DNA of 64,000 nt from Saprospiraceae bacterium (GTDB lineage: Bacteria > Bacteroidota > Bacteroidia > Chitinophagales > Saprospiraceae), in assembly GCA_020630435.1 (NCBI GenBank), contig JAHDBJ010000005.1, forward strand, positions 93,440-157,439, read 5' to 3'. The translations under genes and the position numbers were made by a program. Positions 1-9,672 of this stretch are shown here, piece by piece. The stretch's first letter is position 1, and the number at the start of each line of letters is the position of its first letter. The notes beneath the pieces are model-generated. The model did no database searches and was not told where the DNA came from. It was given only the letters and a program-made list of their open reading frames with translations.

Positions 1-21
1 CCTTGAGACTTTGTTTTAATA

Positions 22-831
22 TCACTCATTTCTAATTTCTTTTAATTTTTTATTTGAATCTTCTTTGATCTTTGATATTTCGTTTGAGTAACGACTGCCT
101 TTAAATTTATTTAAAAACAATTCGCTTTTCTTTACCGCTTCCAAATAACGCTCTTCTTGCTTCAAAAGTACACTATTTTCTGCTAATAAGTAAGCCCCTC
201 TTGCTACCAAATAGCGAATTTCTTCTGCATTTGGTGTTTCTGGGTAATCTTTTAACAAATTTTCGAATGCAATAGTTGCAGATTGATAATTTTCTAGTTT
301 ATAATAAAGCTCTGCTTCATAAAATGCTTTTTTCTCTAATTTACGCCTTAACTCATTTATCAAATCATTGGCTTCCTTTACACGTTTATTTGTTGGAAAG
401 GTATTTATAAACAATTGGAATTCATCAATAGCTTTTAATGTATACGTCTGATCTAGCCTAAAAGAAGGTGAAAGTCGATAATACGAATAAGCAGCCATAA
501 ACTCTGCTTCTTCCCTCAAATCACTATTGGGAAAAGTACTAGAAAATCTCTTAAAATAATACTGCGCACTTATAAACTGGTTTAAATAATAGCTACAATA
601 AGCATAATGATGATAAATTTTTTCAGACTCAGGTCGCCCAAGGTAATTACTGATTACTGTTTCTAGTAGTGTCTTGGCTTTCAAATACTCTTCTTCCTCA
701 AAATACTTATAAGCAGCTTCTAATTGCTTTTCTGGATTATTACTTATCCTTAGTTTTTCAAACTCTGATTTACAAGCGCCTAGCAAAAAGAATAAGCCCA
801 AAATCACCAAATTTACTGTCCTTTTATTCAT
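22..831 (-). CDS. bamD: Outer membrane protein assembly factor BamD-like TPR lipoprotein
   Basis: Signal peptide with lipobox (LLGACKS). TPR-like repeats throughout, and the N-terminal LEAAYKYFEEEEYLKA pattern is typical of BamD/YfiO in Bacteroidota. Confidence 0.6.
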   Translation of the reverse strand: MNKRTVNLVILGLFFLLGACKSEFEKLRISNNPEKQLEAAYKYFEEEEYLKAKTLLETVISNYLGRPESEKIYHHYAYCSYYLNQFISAQYYFKRFSSTFPNSDLREEAEFMAAYSYYRLSPSFRLDQTYTLKAIDEFQLFINTFPTNKRVKEANDLINELRRKLEKKAFYEAELYYKLENYQSATIAFENLLKDYPETPNAEEIRYLVARGAYLLAENSVLLKQEERYLEAVKKSELFLNKFKGSRYSNEISKIKEDSNKKLKEIRNE

Positions 832-994
832 AAGTCCGCAAAAATACGTTTTTAAGAAAAATTAGCCCAATTTTTTTAGTAATATTATCTAAGTCGCTTT
901 TTTTGATTAAAATTTAATCTCATTAGAAATAATATCTCATTGGACTCTATCTATTCAATCGTTCTTCTTATACAAAATGTTGCTTATGATTTTT

Positions 995-1002
995 TATCTT
1001 TG
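995..1002 (+). promoter_or_regulatory. Putative Bacteroidota -7 promoter box TATCTTTG (TAnnTTTG consensus) 27 nt upstream of the 1029 ORF
   Basis: Exact match to TAnnTTTG by eye, at an appropriate distance from the start codon. Confidence 0.3.
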
Positions 1003-1028
1003 CAAAAAAGATAAATATATTTCTTCAT

Positions 1029-1499
1029 ATGGAAAACATTAAAACATTATTTCAATCAAGTACAGTCCTACATCTAGCCCTAGTGTCAGGACAAGTTATG
1101 ATTGCGACCATTTTATTTTTTGTTATTGGTATTTCTCCTAATGCAACTGACAATTTTATGCTGTCTATAGTTACTTGTATTCTATCTGTAGGAACTATTT
1201 TTGCTTCAGCATTCATTCATAAGCGGAAGTTAGAAGCATTAGATTTAACAACAATGAATTTAGAAGAAAAACTTACTAATTTTAGAAGCACATCTATTAT
1301 AAAATGGGCAATGCTTGAAGGAGGAAATCTAATGGTCGTTCTAATTTCTTGGATTACTGGAAATACTTGGTTAATGATACTCTTTGTTGTTTCTCTTATT
1401 TTATTATTTATGGCAAAACCAACACTTGAACGATTCGCTAAGGAATTCCGATTATCTCGTGAAGAGGAAAGTCAATTAAGAAGTGCCTTGAGAAACTAG
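1029..1499 (+). CDS. Hypothetical 4-TM membrane protein
   Basis: Hydrophobic helices in the translation. No recognisable motif. Confidence 0.45.
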   Translation: MENIKTLFQSSTVLHLALVSGQVMIATILFFVIGISPNATDNFMLSIVTCILSVGTIFASAFIHKRKLEALDLTTMNLEEKLTNFRSTSIIKWAMLEGGNLMVVLISWITGNTWLMILFVVSLILLFMAKPTLERFAKEFRLSREEESQLRSALRN

Positions 1500-1578
1500 T
1501 ATTCGAAACATACTGTTAAACCAAATATATCCTTCCTAACCATTAGACTATATTCTACTTCATTTTTAAAAACATATA

Positions 1579-2811
1579 ATGGAATTAAATGATGGTCGCT
1601 ACAAAATAGGTGGCGTTGATATTTTAGAATTAGGGACGACCTATGATCTCCCTTTATACGTATATGATTTGGCAAAAATGCAACATCAATACGAACAATT
1701 AGTAAATGCTTTTGAGGGGATAAATTTAAAAGTACTTTATGCTTGTAAAGCACTAACCAATCAAAGCATACTAGGTTTTTTCAAATCTTTAGGTAGTGGA
1801 CTCGATACCGTTTCAATTCAGGAAGTGCAGTTAGGCTTAAAGGCTGGTTTTTTGCCCGAAGATATTGTTTTCACCCCAAACTGTGTATCATTTGAAGAGA
1901 TTCAACAGGCTGTAAAATTGGGTGTAAAGATCAATATCGACAATATTTCAATATTAGAACAGTTTGGAAATACATATGGTAGTTCTGTCCCCATTTGTTT
2001 AAGAATTAATCCTCATATTTTTGCTGGCGGCAATCCAAAAATTTCTGTTGGCCATATCGATAGCAAATTTGGAATATCTGTATATCAAATGCGTCATGTT
2101 GAAAGGGTAGTTCATTCGAGTAAGATTCAAGTAGAAGGTCTACATATGCATACAGGTTCGGATATTCTAGATGTAGATGTCTTTCTTAGAGGATCGGATA
2201 TTCTTCTAGAGACAGCCAAGCAATTTCCTCATTTAAAAACAATTGATTTTGGTAGTGGCTTTAAAGTACCCTACAAACCAAATGATCGTTATACAGATAT
2301 AAAAGAACTCGGTCAAAAACTCGGTAAACGGTTTAAAGACTTTTGTAAGGAATATGGGAAAGAACTTACCATGATGTTTGAACCTGGTAAATACCTTGTA
2401 AGTGAAGCCGGCTATTTTTTAGTAAAGACGAATGTTATCAAACAGACAACAGCAACTGTTTTTGCAGGAGTTGATTCAGGAATGAACCATTTAATTCGAC
2501 CAATGTTATATGATGCATATCACCATATTATAAACGCTTCGAATCCTACTGGAATTGAGCGATTTTATACGATAGTAGGATACATTTGTGAAACGGATAC
2601 TTTTGGTTGGGACAGAAAACTCAAGGAGGTAAGAGAAGGGGATGTTCTTGTATTCAAAAATGCTGGTGCTTATGCCTATAGTATGTCTTCCAACTATAAC
2701 TCTAGGTATAGACCTGCTGAGGTTGCGCTATATAAAGGAGCAGCCAAATTGATTCGAAAAAGAGAAACAATCGAAGATCTATTACAAGGTCAGATACAAA
2801 TTGATTTCTAG
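1579..2811 (+). CDS. lysA: Diaminopimelate decarboxylase (PLP-dependent, fold type III)
   Basis: 410 aa. Orn/DAP/Arg decarboxylase family features (GxxYACKA-like K site LYACKAL, C-terminal GAYAYSMSSNYN) match LysA. Confidence 0.8.
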   Translation: MELNDGRYKIGGVDILELGTTYDLPLYVYDLAKMQHQYEQLVNAFEGINLKVLYACKALTNQSILGFFKSLGSGLDTVSIQEVQLGLKAGFLPEDIVFTPNCVSFEEIQQAVKLGVKINIDNISILEQFGNTYGSSVPICLRINPHIFAGGNPKISVGHIDSKFGISVYQMRHVERVVHSSKIQVEGLHMHTGSDILDVDVFLRGSDILLETAKQFPHLKTIDFGSGFKVPYKPNDRYTDIKELGQKLGKRFKDFCKEYGKELTMMFEPGKYLVSEAGYFLVKTNVIKQTTATVFAGVDSGMNHLIRPMLYDAYHHIINASNPTGIERFYTIVGYICETDTFGWDRKLKEVREGDVLVFKNAGAYAYSMSSNYNSRYRPAEVALYKGAAKLIRKRETIEDLLQGQIQIDF

Positions 2812-2854
2812 AAAAAAAATTATCTAATTTATCTAATTATTATAATAAATAACT

Positions 2855-3544
2855 ATGAAAACATTATTTCAAATCTTTGCACTTGTTGTAATCCTCGGAT
2901 TCATTACTTCTTGTAAAGGACCAACAGGTGAGACTGCTAATACTGGCGAAGAAGTAGAAGTAAGTACGGCTTCTGCCGAAGCGACGGCTTACAATGTCAA
3001 CGCTGAAGCTAGTGCTATACTTTGGAAAGGGATTAAACCAACAGGAACACACAATGGTACTGTAAAAGTATCAGAAGGTACTTTATCTGTAAAAGATGGA
3101 AGTATAGAAAGTGGCAAATTCACACTCGACATGAACAGTATTACAGTACTTGATTTAGAAGGTGATTATAAGACTAAATTGGAAGGACATTTAAAAGGTA
3201 CAGAAAAAGAAGAAGCTGATCATTTTTTTAATGTTAAACAATATCCTACGGCTACTTTTGAAATTTCTTCTGTAAAACCTTTATTGGGTGATGCAGATTT
3301 TACACATACTATTTTGGGAAATTTGAAGATAAAAGATAAAACCCACAGTATTGAATTCAAAGCTAATGTGAAAAATGAAGGTGGAGGACTGATTGCAGAA
3401 TCCAATGAATTTACAATTGATAGAACAAAATGGGGTGTAAATTATGGTTCAAAAAGCATTTTTGACAACTTAGGTGATAAGTTTATCAATGATGAAATAG
3501 AATTGAAAATTCAGTTGAGTGCCCTACAAGCACCACAAGGATAA
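2855..3544 (+). CDS. YceI-like periplasmic lipoprotein
   Basis: Lipoprotein signal (ITSCKG). YceI-family pattern (ILWKGIKPTGTHNGTVKVSEG... FFNVKQYPTATFE...). Confidence 0.65.
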   Translation: MKTLFQIFALVVILGFITSCKGPTGETANTGEEVEVSTASAEATAYNVNAEASAILWKGIKPTGTHNGTVKVSEGTLSVKDGSIESGKFTLDMNSITVLDLEGDYKTKLEGHLKGTEKEEADHFFNVKQYPTATFEISSVKPLLGDADFTHTILGNLKIKDKTHSIEFKANVKNEGGGLIAESNEFTIDRTKWGVNYGSKSIFDNLGDKFINDEIELKIQLSALQAPQG

Positions 3545-3570
3545 ATCAATATTTTCCTATATTTTTTTAT

Positions 3571-3607
3571 AAAACGATTTGAGATTTCGTTCTCAAATCG
3601 TTTTATT
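3571..3607 (+). terminator. Rho-independent terminator: perfect 14-bp stem AAAACGATTTGAGA/TCTCAAATCGTTTT, 6-nt loop, T-rich tail
   Basis: Inverted repeat read directly from the sequence, just downstream of the yceI-like stop. Confidence 0.7.
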
Positions 3608-3733
3608 TTAAGTACTTACCCCATTTTTTTATAAAATTTCTTTTTTATGCTAAAGAAATTTACGACCTTTGCAGCCGCCTTGATGCAAAATACTCATTAG
3701 AATTATAATTAATTTGTAAACTAAACAATAACA

Positions 3734-4039
3734 ATGAGAAAAGCTGACTTAGTAAATGAAATAGCAGATAAAACAGGAATTGCTAAAGTTGATGTTCTGG
3801 TCACATTAGAGGCATTTTTCTCAGAGGTAAAAGATACTCTTGCTGGTGGTGAGAATGTCTATGTTAGAGGTTTCGGTAGCTTTATCATTAAGAAAAGAGC
3901 CGAAAAGGTTGGTCGAAATATCAAGAAAAATGAAGCAATAGTTATTCCTGAGCATTATATTCCTTCATTCAAACCTGCAAAGATATTTGTAGAACAGGTG
4001 AAGTCAAATGTAACCCCTGAGAATGTAAAGAATGCTTAA
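3734..4039 (+). CDS. hup: HU/IHF-family DNA-binding protein
   Basis: 101 aa. MRKADLVNEIADKTGIAKVDV...GFGSF...PSFKPAK is the classic HU fold signature. Confidence 0.85.
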   Translation: MRKADLVNEIADKTGIAKVDVLVTLEAFFSEVKDTLAGGENVYVRGFGSFIIKKRAEKVGRNIKKNEAIVIPEHYIPSFKPAKIFVEQVKSNVTPENVKNA

Positions 4040-4087
4040 TTTTCTGGTCAATAGCTCGTTTAAAAATTAATTTGTATTAAATAGTAT

Positions 4088-4873
4088 ATGACTAAGCTAC
4101 AAACAACAGTTATTGGTATTGCATTAATACTTTTTTCTGTTTTGTATTTTGGTTTCTCTATAAAACCTCGCGAAAGAGCGGAAATTGATAAAAGCAGAGC
4201 CTTAAAAGCTGAAAGTACCGATATTAATAGTTTGGTAAGAGCTGCTAAAGCTAATATTTCTGAAGACGATCTTCATTCTATTGGTTTTTTGGAACAAGAA
4301 GTGAGTCAAGCAGCTTCAGATTCTATTAAATCTGAGGCGCTCAAAAAACTTTCTGGTGCTTGGTATAAACTAGACGAATATGCCCTAGCAGGCGTCTATG
4401 CTCAAAAAGTTGCAGCTATTGATAATACCGAACAAACTTGGTCAATTACAGGCACAACTTATGCTTTAGGTGTTCAAAAGTCAACAAAAGAACGTGATAA
4501 ACTGTTTTGTAGAGGAAGAGCTGTTAAAGCCTTTGAAAAAGCCATTTCGTTTGATCCTAATAATGTACAACACCAGATAAACCTAGCCTTATGCTTTGTG
4601 GAGTTGCCATTACAAGATAATCCTATGAAAGGTGTACTGATGTTGAGAGATTTGGTAGATAAACATCCCCAAAATACAGCAGTACTGAATAACCTCGCAC
4701 GATTAGCTATCAAAACGGGACAATACGAAAAAGCTTTGGAACGCCTAGGAAAATCTATTAAAATTGAACCTGACAACCCATATACTTTGTCTTTATTAAT
4801 TGAAGCAAATGTACAGTCTGGTAAGAAGGAAAAGGCAATAGAATATCAAAAAAAACTTGAAAAAATCAGATAA
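4088..4873 (+). CDS. Membrane-anchored TPR repeat protein
   Basis: N-terminal TM helix followed by TPR-like helical repeats (NLALCF..., LNNLARLAIKTGQYEKALE). Confidence 0.55.
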   Translation: MTKLQTTVIGIALILFSVLYFGFSIKPRERAEIDKSRALKAESTDINSLVRAAKANISEDDLHSIGFLEQEVSQAASDSIKSEALKKLSGAWYKLDEYALAGVYAQKVAAIDNTEQTWSITGTTYALGVQKSTKERDKLFCRGRAVKAFEKAISFDPNNVQHQINLALCFVELPLQDNPMKGVLMLRDLVDKHPQNTAVLNNLARLAIKTGQYEKALERLGKSIKIEPDNPYTLSLLIEANVQSGKKEKAIEYQKKLEKIR

Positions 4874-4929
4874 GAGCTATTATTTTTTATCTGTTTAAAA
4901 TATATTATTGTAAATAAAAAAAAAGAAAT

Positions 4930-5025
4930 ATGCCTTGTGGTAAAAAACGTAAGCGACATAAAATCGCTACTCACAAAAGAAAGAAGAGACTACGTAAGAA
5001 TCGTCATAAAAAGAAGAATAGGTAG
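4930..5025 (+). CDS. 31-aa extremely basic peptide MPCGKKRKRHKIATHKRKKRLRKNRHKKKNR. Candidate small ribosomal protein (bS22/THX-like)
   Basis: ATG..TAG ORF not in the supplied track (<60 aa). Composition and the KKRKRHK..THKRKKRLRK pattern resemble the bS22 (RpsV-type) ribosomal peptides. A-rich leader with no SD, as usual for Bacteroidota. Followed by a strong hairpin terminator. Confidence 0.45.
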   Translation: MPCGKKRKRHKIATHKRKKRLRKNRHKKKNR

Positions 5026-5038
5026 CAAATAATATACT

Positions 5039-5078
5039 GTACTTTTTGAATTTTTAGATTAATTCAAAAAGTACATTT
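5039..5078 (+). terminator. Hairpin terminator: 14-bp perfect stem GTACTTTTTGAATT/AATTCAAAAAGTAC
   Basis: Inverted repeat immediately after the small basic ORF. Confidence 0.55.
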
Positions 5079-5389
5079 CTTCTTTCATCTCATCTTAATT
5101 GACCTCGCTTTATATTTTTATTTTCAAGATATAATATACATTATATCCTTTTTTGCTTTGTACATTAGCTAGATTTAAATTAAAACCCCGATAATTATTA
5201 CTGATTAATTTCATTAATGATTATAGTGCTTGTGATTTAAGTACACAAATCTTTTACTCTTTATCATATTCCTCATTAATTATTCTACTGTATCAAAGTA
5301 AATTCAACACATCAATAAATATTTAAAAAGTAATTTTTTATTGATGAAATCCTTTGTCTATTTTATCGGATACTTTTAATTTCTTTTAA

Positions 5390-6940
5390 GTGGAAAAAGA
5401 ACTAATAATTAATTCTAAACCAACGGAGGTCGAAATAGCGTTATTGGAGGGTGGTAAACTGGTAGAGTTACATCGTCAAAAGACCAATACTAATTTTACA
5501 GTAGGAGATATATTCCTAGGTAAAATAAAGAAACTCATGCCTGGATTGAATGCCGCTTTTGTTAATATTGGCTATAGTAAAGATGCTTTTCTTCATTATA
5601 CGGATCTAGGTCCAAAACTCCATTCTGTAACCAAATTTACAAATGATAGTATAAGTGGTAAAAATACCCATCATTTTTTAGATAATTTTGAATACCCTCC
5701 CGATATTATCAAAAATGGAAAAATCGATCAGGTTTTAAATAAGCGAGATCATGTACTCGTACAGATTTTAAAAGAACCGATTTCTACCAAAGGGCCTAGA
5801 TTGAGCTGTGAGATTACTTTGCCTGGTCGTTATATTGTCTTAACACCTTTTTCAAATACCGTCACCGTTTCTAAAAAAATCTCTAATGCAGAAGAGAAAA
5901 AACGATTACAATTATTGGCTGAAAGCATAAAACCCAAAAACTTCGGGATGATCATTCGTACCGCTGCCGAAGGTAAAAAAGTAGCGGATCTGCATGAGGA
6001 ATTAATGTATATTCTTGGAAAATGGAAAAATATATTTCAACAACTTCCTAAGGCTAAAGCTCCAGTTAAACTCCTAAGCGAACTGGATAAGGCCTCAAGT
6101 CTTTTAAGAGACGTCTTAAGTGACTCTTTCAATAAAATTGTCGTTAATGACAAAGACCTATATGTTCACATCAAAAGCTTTTTATCACAGATAGCTCCTA
6201 GCCAAGTTAAAATAGTTAATCATTATAATAACAATCGTTCCATTTTTGATTATTATGGTGTCACCAAACAAATTAAGTCTTCTTTTGGAAAAACGGCGAC
6301 GATGGCAAGTGGTGCTTATCTCGTAATTGAGCATACTGAAGCCATGCATGTCATTGATGTGAATAGTGGCCATAAAGCAGGAACAAGAAAAGTTGAAGAC
6401 AATGCACTTAGAATTAATTTGGAGTCGGCTGAAGAAATTGCACGCCAGCTTCGACTTAGAGATATTGGTGGTTTGATCATTATAGATTTCATCGATATGC
6501 GGCAGGCAGAACATCGTAAGGAACTGGTTTCTGCAATGCGAACACACATGAAAAAAGATAGAGCCCAACATACTATCTTACCACTTAGTAAGTTTGGGTT
6601 AATGCAAATAACCCGTGAACGAGTACGACCTGCTGTAAAAATCGATACCTCCGAAAAATGCCCAAGTTGTAATGGAACAGGGAAAATGAATGCCTCTATT
6701 CTTGTGACCGACGATATTCAAAGAGATCTGGATTTTGTTTTACAAACACAACCTAAGACTAAAATCACCCTTGAACTACATCCGTATTTAGAGGCTTTTT
6801 TTAAAAAAGGATTTCCTAGTATTCGGATGAAATGGTTTACTAAATATGGTAAATGGATTTACTTACAGTCCAATACAGAATATAGTTTAGTCCAATACAA
6901 ATTTTATGATGCCAACGAAGATGAAATTCGATTAAACTAA
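5390..6940 (+). CDS. rng: Ribonuclease G/E family endoribonuclease (Rne/Rng)
   Basis: 516 aa. S1-like N-terminus, the catalytic core with the conserved IIDFIDM motif, and a C4 zinc-link-like CPSCNGTG near the C-terminus. Start codon is non-ATG (GTG/TTG) according to the ORF track. Confidence 0.8.
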   Translation: MEKELIINSKPTEVEIALLEGGKLVELHRQKTNTNFTVGDIFLGKIKKLMPGLNAAFVNIGYSKDAFLHYTDLGPKLHSVTKFTNDSISGKNTHHFLDNFEYPPDIIKNGKIDQVLNKRDHVLVQILKEPISTKGPRLSCEITLPGRYIVLTPFSNTVTVSKKISNAEEKKRLQLLAESIKPKNFGMIIRTAAEGKKVADLHEELMYILGKWKNIFQQLPKAKAPVKLLSELDKASSLLRDVLSDSFNKIVVNDKDLYVHIKSFLSQIAPSQVKIVNHYNNNRSIFDYYGVTKQIKSSFGKTATMASGAYLVIEHTEAMHVIDVNSGHKAGTRKVEDNALRINLESAEEIARQLRLRDIGGLIIIDFIDMRQAEHRKELVSAMRTHMKKDRAQHTILPLSKFGLMQITRERVRPAVKIDTSEKCPSCNGTGKMNASILVTDDIQRDLDFVLQTQPKTKITLELHPYLEAFFKKGFPSIRMKWFTKYGKWIYLQSNTEYSLVQYKFYDANEDEIRLN

Positions 6941-6947
6941 CCATTTT

Positions 6948-6987
6948 AAGAAATGAGGTTATTTCAAAAGTAATAGCCTCATTTCTT
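6948..6987. terminator. Convergent (bidirectional) hairpin between rng and the minus-strand gene: 11-bp stem AAGAAATGAGG/CCTCATTTCTT with an 18-nt loop
   Basis: Inverted repeat seen in the sequence. The right arm overlaps the stop codon of the 6979..7626 gene. Confidence 0.35.
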
Positions 6988-7626
6988 AAATAAAAGACCA
7001 CTACCAATCACAAATAATTTAGGATAATATTGCTTTAGTTCTCTTACAAACATATCGAAAGGAAAATCATGAAATACCCCGTAATCATGGAGGTATTCCA
7101 TAAACTGCCCTCCTTGTTTGTCGTATTCTTGAAAAATGGAATCGGTCTCACCATCAAAATCTAAGGGGCTAACATTCAGTTTATCACATAATTCCTTATT
7201 AAAAGCAGGTGTTGCTTTTACCCATCTTCCTTCAAGAAGAAGTTCGACAAAACCATGAAATACTAATACATTAGTGCCTAAATAAGCCTCTAACTGTTGA
7301 GTGCCTATATGGTTACAGACATTGGAAAAAGACAATCTAGTAGGTACTCCTATAAACCTTGTACACGCTGCAAATAAGATACTTTTTTCAATACAATTGC
7401 CCTTTTTCTCGATTTTATTGACCATTGTGCTTGCCCGAAAAGAAAGCGGTTCTAAATTCAAATCATAAGCATCGTAACGAAAAAGATCTCTAACAGCAAA
7501 ATAATAGGCTACAACCTGTTCTTTAATGGATAAATCAGGATTGCTATATTTTTTTATAAATAATTGAACATCTAGGTGTTCATAGTTTATAAAATAGGTT
7601 GGTGTCAAATAATAGTTGTTGCTCAT
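6979..7626 (-). CDS. Transglutaminase-like superfamily protein (putative cysteine peptidase)
   Basis: GNCIEKSILFAA Cys motif with downstream His/Asp candidates (FHGFVELLLEGRWVKATPAFNKELCDKLNVSPLDFDGE), typical of the bacterial transglutaminase-like core. Confidence 0.5.
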   Translation of the reverse strand: MSNNYYLTPTYFINYEHLDVQLFIKKYSNPDLSIKEQVVAYYFAVRDLFRYDAYDLNLEPLSFRASTMVNKIEKKGNCIEKSILFAACTRFIGVPTRLSFSNVCNHIGTQQLEAYLGTNVLVFHGFVELLLEGRWVKATPAFNKELCDKLNVSPLDFDGETDSIFQEYDKQGGQFMEYLHDYGVFHDFPFDMFVRELKQYYPKLFVIGSGLLFKK

Positions 7627-8381
7627 TCTAAATTGAATCGTTTTTTTTCCTCTTTGAGATATTTCATCATAGTAGCCCTTACTTTTTCACTTAATCTGGG
7701 CAAATCCTCTAGGGTTAGCCCTTTAGTAGAAATTGGTTTATCCCAATACAAATGTATTATACCAGGACGCAAATCTAATAAACGGCGATGATTAGAAATT
7801 TGACGTGCATTTGCAATTGTTTGGATAGCTATTGATTTTTGTGTTTCTATCGCAATTCGAAATGCTCCTGTGTGAAATTTTTTTAATGCTTTTTTTGTAA
7901 CATTCCTTGTCCCCTCAGGATAAATAAAGATAGAAAACCCTTTTTCTACTGCTTCGTTTAGAGCTTGCATACTCGCTTTACGGGATGTTACATCCTTCCT
8001 TGCTACAAATATGACAAACCGCCGAACGATAAACCCCATTACGGGAATATTATCAATCTCTTTTTTAGCTAACCATTTATAGATTCTATTTGTTGCTAAA
8101 GCATGAAAAACAAAATCCATGCTAGATTGATGATTTCCCACTACAATGTAATTTTCATTTGGTTCAAGCATATCTCGATTATACTCTTTTACTCGGATAA
8201 GTGTAAGAATACAGAAAACTTTTGCAAATATTTTATGTGCATAAGTTAAACCCCATACATCTACTTTTTGAGGAAAAAAGGCAAACATCATTATAAAAAA
8301 GGGCAAGGATAAAATTAACATTAAAAAAAATATGACCACTCCATATATTGCCCAAATAGTGCGAAATATTCTAGCTAGCAT
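7623..8381 (-). CDS. plsC: 1-acyl-sn-glycerol-3-phosphate acyltransferase
   Basis: HX4D motif (GNHQSSMDF) and IFIYPEGTRN block. N-terminal TM helix. Confidence 0.8.
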   Translation of the reverse strand: MLARIFRTIWAIYGVVIFFLMLILSLPFFIMMFAFFPQKVDVWGLTYAHKIFAKVFCILTLIRVKEYNRDMLEPNENYIVVGNHQSSMDFVFHALATNRIYKWLAKKEIDNIPVMGFIVRRFVIFVARKDVTSRKASMQALNEAVEKGFSIFIYPEGTRNVTKKALKKFHTGAFRIAIETQKSIAIQTIANARQISNHRRLLDLRPGIIHLYWDKPISTKGLTLEDLPRLSEKVRATMMKYLKEEKKRFNLE

Positions 8382-8397
8382 ATTTTATATTTTAGTC

Positions 8398-8883
8398 TTA
8401 ATTCTGAACATAAATATATGCATTCAAAGAGATAGCAATGATAAGCCAAATAGCATATGGTAGTAATAATAATGATATTAATCCTAATCTCCGCCAATTT
8501 TTAAAAAGAAAAAAATGAATAATTAAGGCTAATCCAATAATTATTACCAATGCCAAGAATACTAGATGTAAGGTGAAAAATATAGGATTCCAAACAACGT
8601 TGAGTATCCATTGTACAATATAAAATCCTAGTATTATTCTTTGGTCTTTAATTTTTTCCCAAGCAAATGCCATATAAAATGAGAAACAAACCATAATAAT
8701 GGTCCAAGCTATTCCAAAAATAGGGCCTGGAGGTGTCCAAGGCGCTTTATTTAGTTCTTGATACCAAATTGATCCTACCCCATCTCCCGTGAAATAATTT
8801 CCAGCAGTTAAGGCTAAAAAATTTAAAATCAAAAAAATCACAAGTCGCTTATACATAGATATTCTATTTTTAAACAGCTTCAT
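8398..8883 (-). CDS. tspO: TspO/MBR family tryptophan-rich sensory protein
   Basis: 161 aa, 5 TM helices, Trp-rich. WYQELNKAPWTPPGPIFGIAWTIIM is the signature region. Confidence 0.75.
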   Translation of the reverse strand: MKLFKNRISMYKRLVIFLILNFLALTAGNYFTGDGVGSIWYQELNKAPWTPPGPIFGIAWTIIMVCFSFYMAFAWEKIKDQRIILGFYIVQWILNVVWNPIFFTLHLVFLALVIIIGLALIIHFFLFKNWRRLGLISLLLLPYAIWLIIAISLNAYIYVQN

Positions 8884-8910
8884 TAATAAAACCCTATATC
8901 ATACAACGCT

Positions 8911-9597
8911 CTATAAATCTTTTTCATTTAGCAAATCTGGTCTTCTTTTTCTTGTTCGTTTCAACGATTGGTCAAACCGCCATTCTTCTATTTTTTTAAA
9001 ATTGCCTGATAATAGAATATCAGGGACTTTCCAGCCTCTAAATTCTGACGGTCGGGTATAGACAGGTGGTGCTAGTAAATTATCCTGAAAGGAATCAAAA
9101 AGTGCCGATGTTTCATCATTGAGTACCCCAGGCAATAACCGCCCAATAGAATCGACTAGAATTGCTGCTGGAAGTTCTCCTCCTGACAAAACAAAGTCTC
9201 CGATTGAGATTTCACGTGTAATATAATGTTCTCGGATACGCTCATCAATCCCTTTATAATGACCACATAAGATAATTATATTTTCTTTGAGTGAAAGTTC
9301 GTTACAAGTAGACTGATTTAAGGTATCACCATCAGGTGTCACATAAATAATATCATCATATTTACGTGCTGCTATAAATTCATCAAGGGCATTTGCAATC
9401 GGTTCTACCATCATTACCATACCTGCGCCTCCTCCAAATTGATAGTCATCTAATTTACGGTATTTTCCAAGTCCCCAATCTCTTAAGTCATGCACAAAAA
9501 CATTAAGTAATTCTTTCTCTTGCGCCCTCTTCATAATAGAATGCTGTAATGGGCTTTCTAGGAGCTTCGGTTGTACAGAGAGTATATCTATTCGCAT
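8911..9597 (-). CDS. trmD: tRNA (guanine37-N1)-methyltransferase
   Basis: 228 aa. [10 protein letters not shown]..., [13 protein letters not shown] and VLSGGELPA motifs of the SPOUT TrmD family. Confidence 0.9.
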   Translation of the reverse strand: MRIDILSVQPKLLESPLQHSIMKRAQEKELLNVFVHDLRDWGLGKYRKLDDYQFGGGAGMVMMVEPIANALDEFIAARKYDDIIYVTPDGDTLNQSTCNELSLKENIIILCGHYKGIDERIREHYITREISIGDFVLSGGELPAAILVDSIGRLLPGVLNDETSALFDSFQDNLLAPPVYTRPSEFRGWKVPDILLSGNFKKIEEWRFDQSLKRTRKRRPDLLNEKDL

Positions 9598-9672
9598 ACA
9601 GTTTCAATTATTTTAAGCACAAAAATAAAAAATCTCAAACACTTGGTATTTGAGATTTTTTATTTCTAACGT

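Noticed and set aside
1496-1753. 85-aa minus-strand ORF overlapping the lysA start
   Set aside because: Overlaps a strongly supported gene and has no recognisable features.
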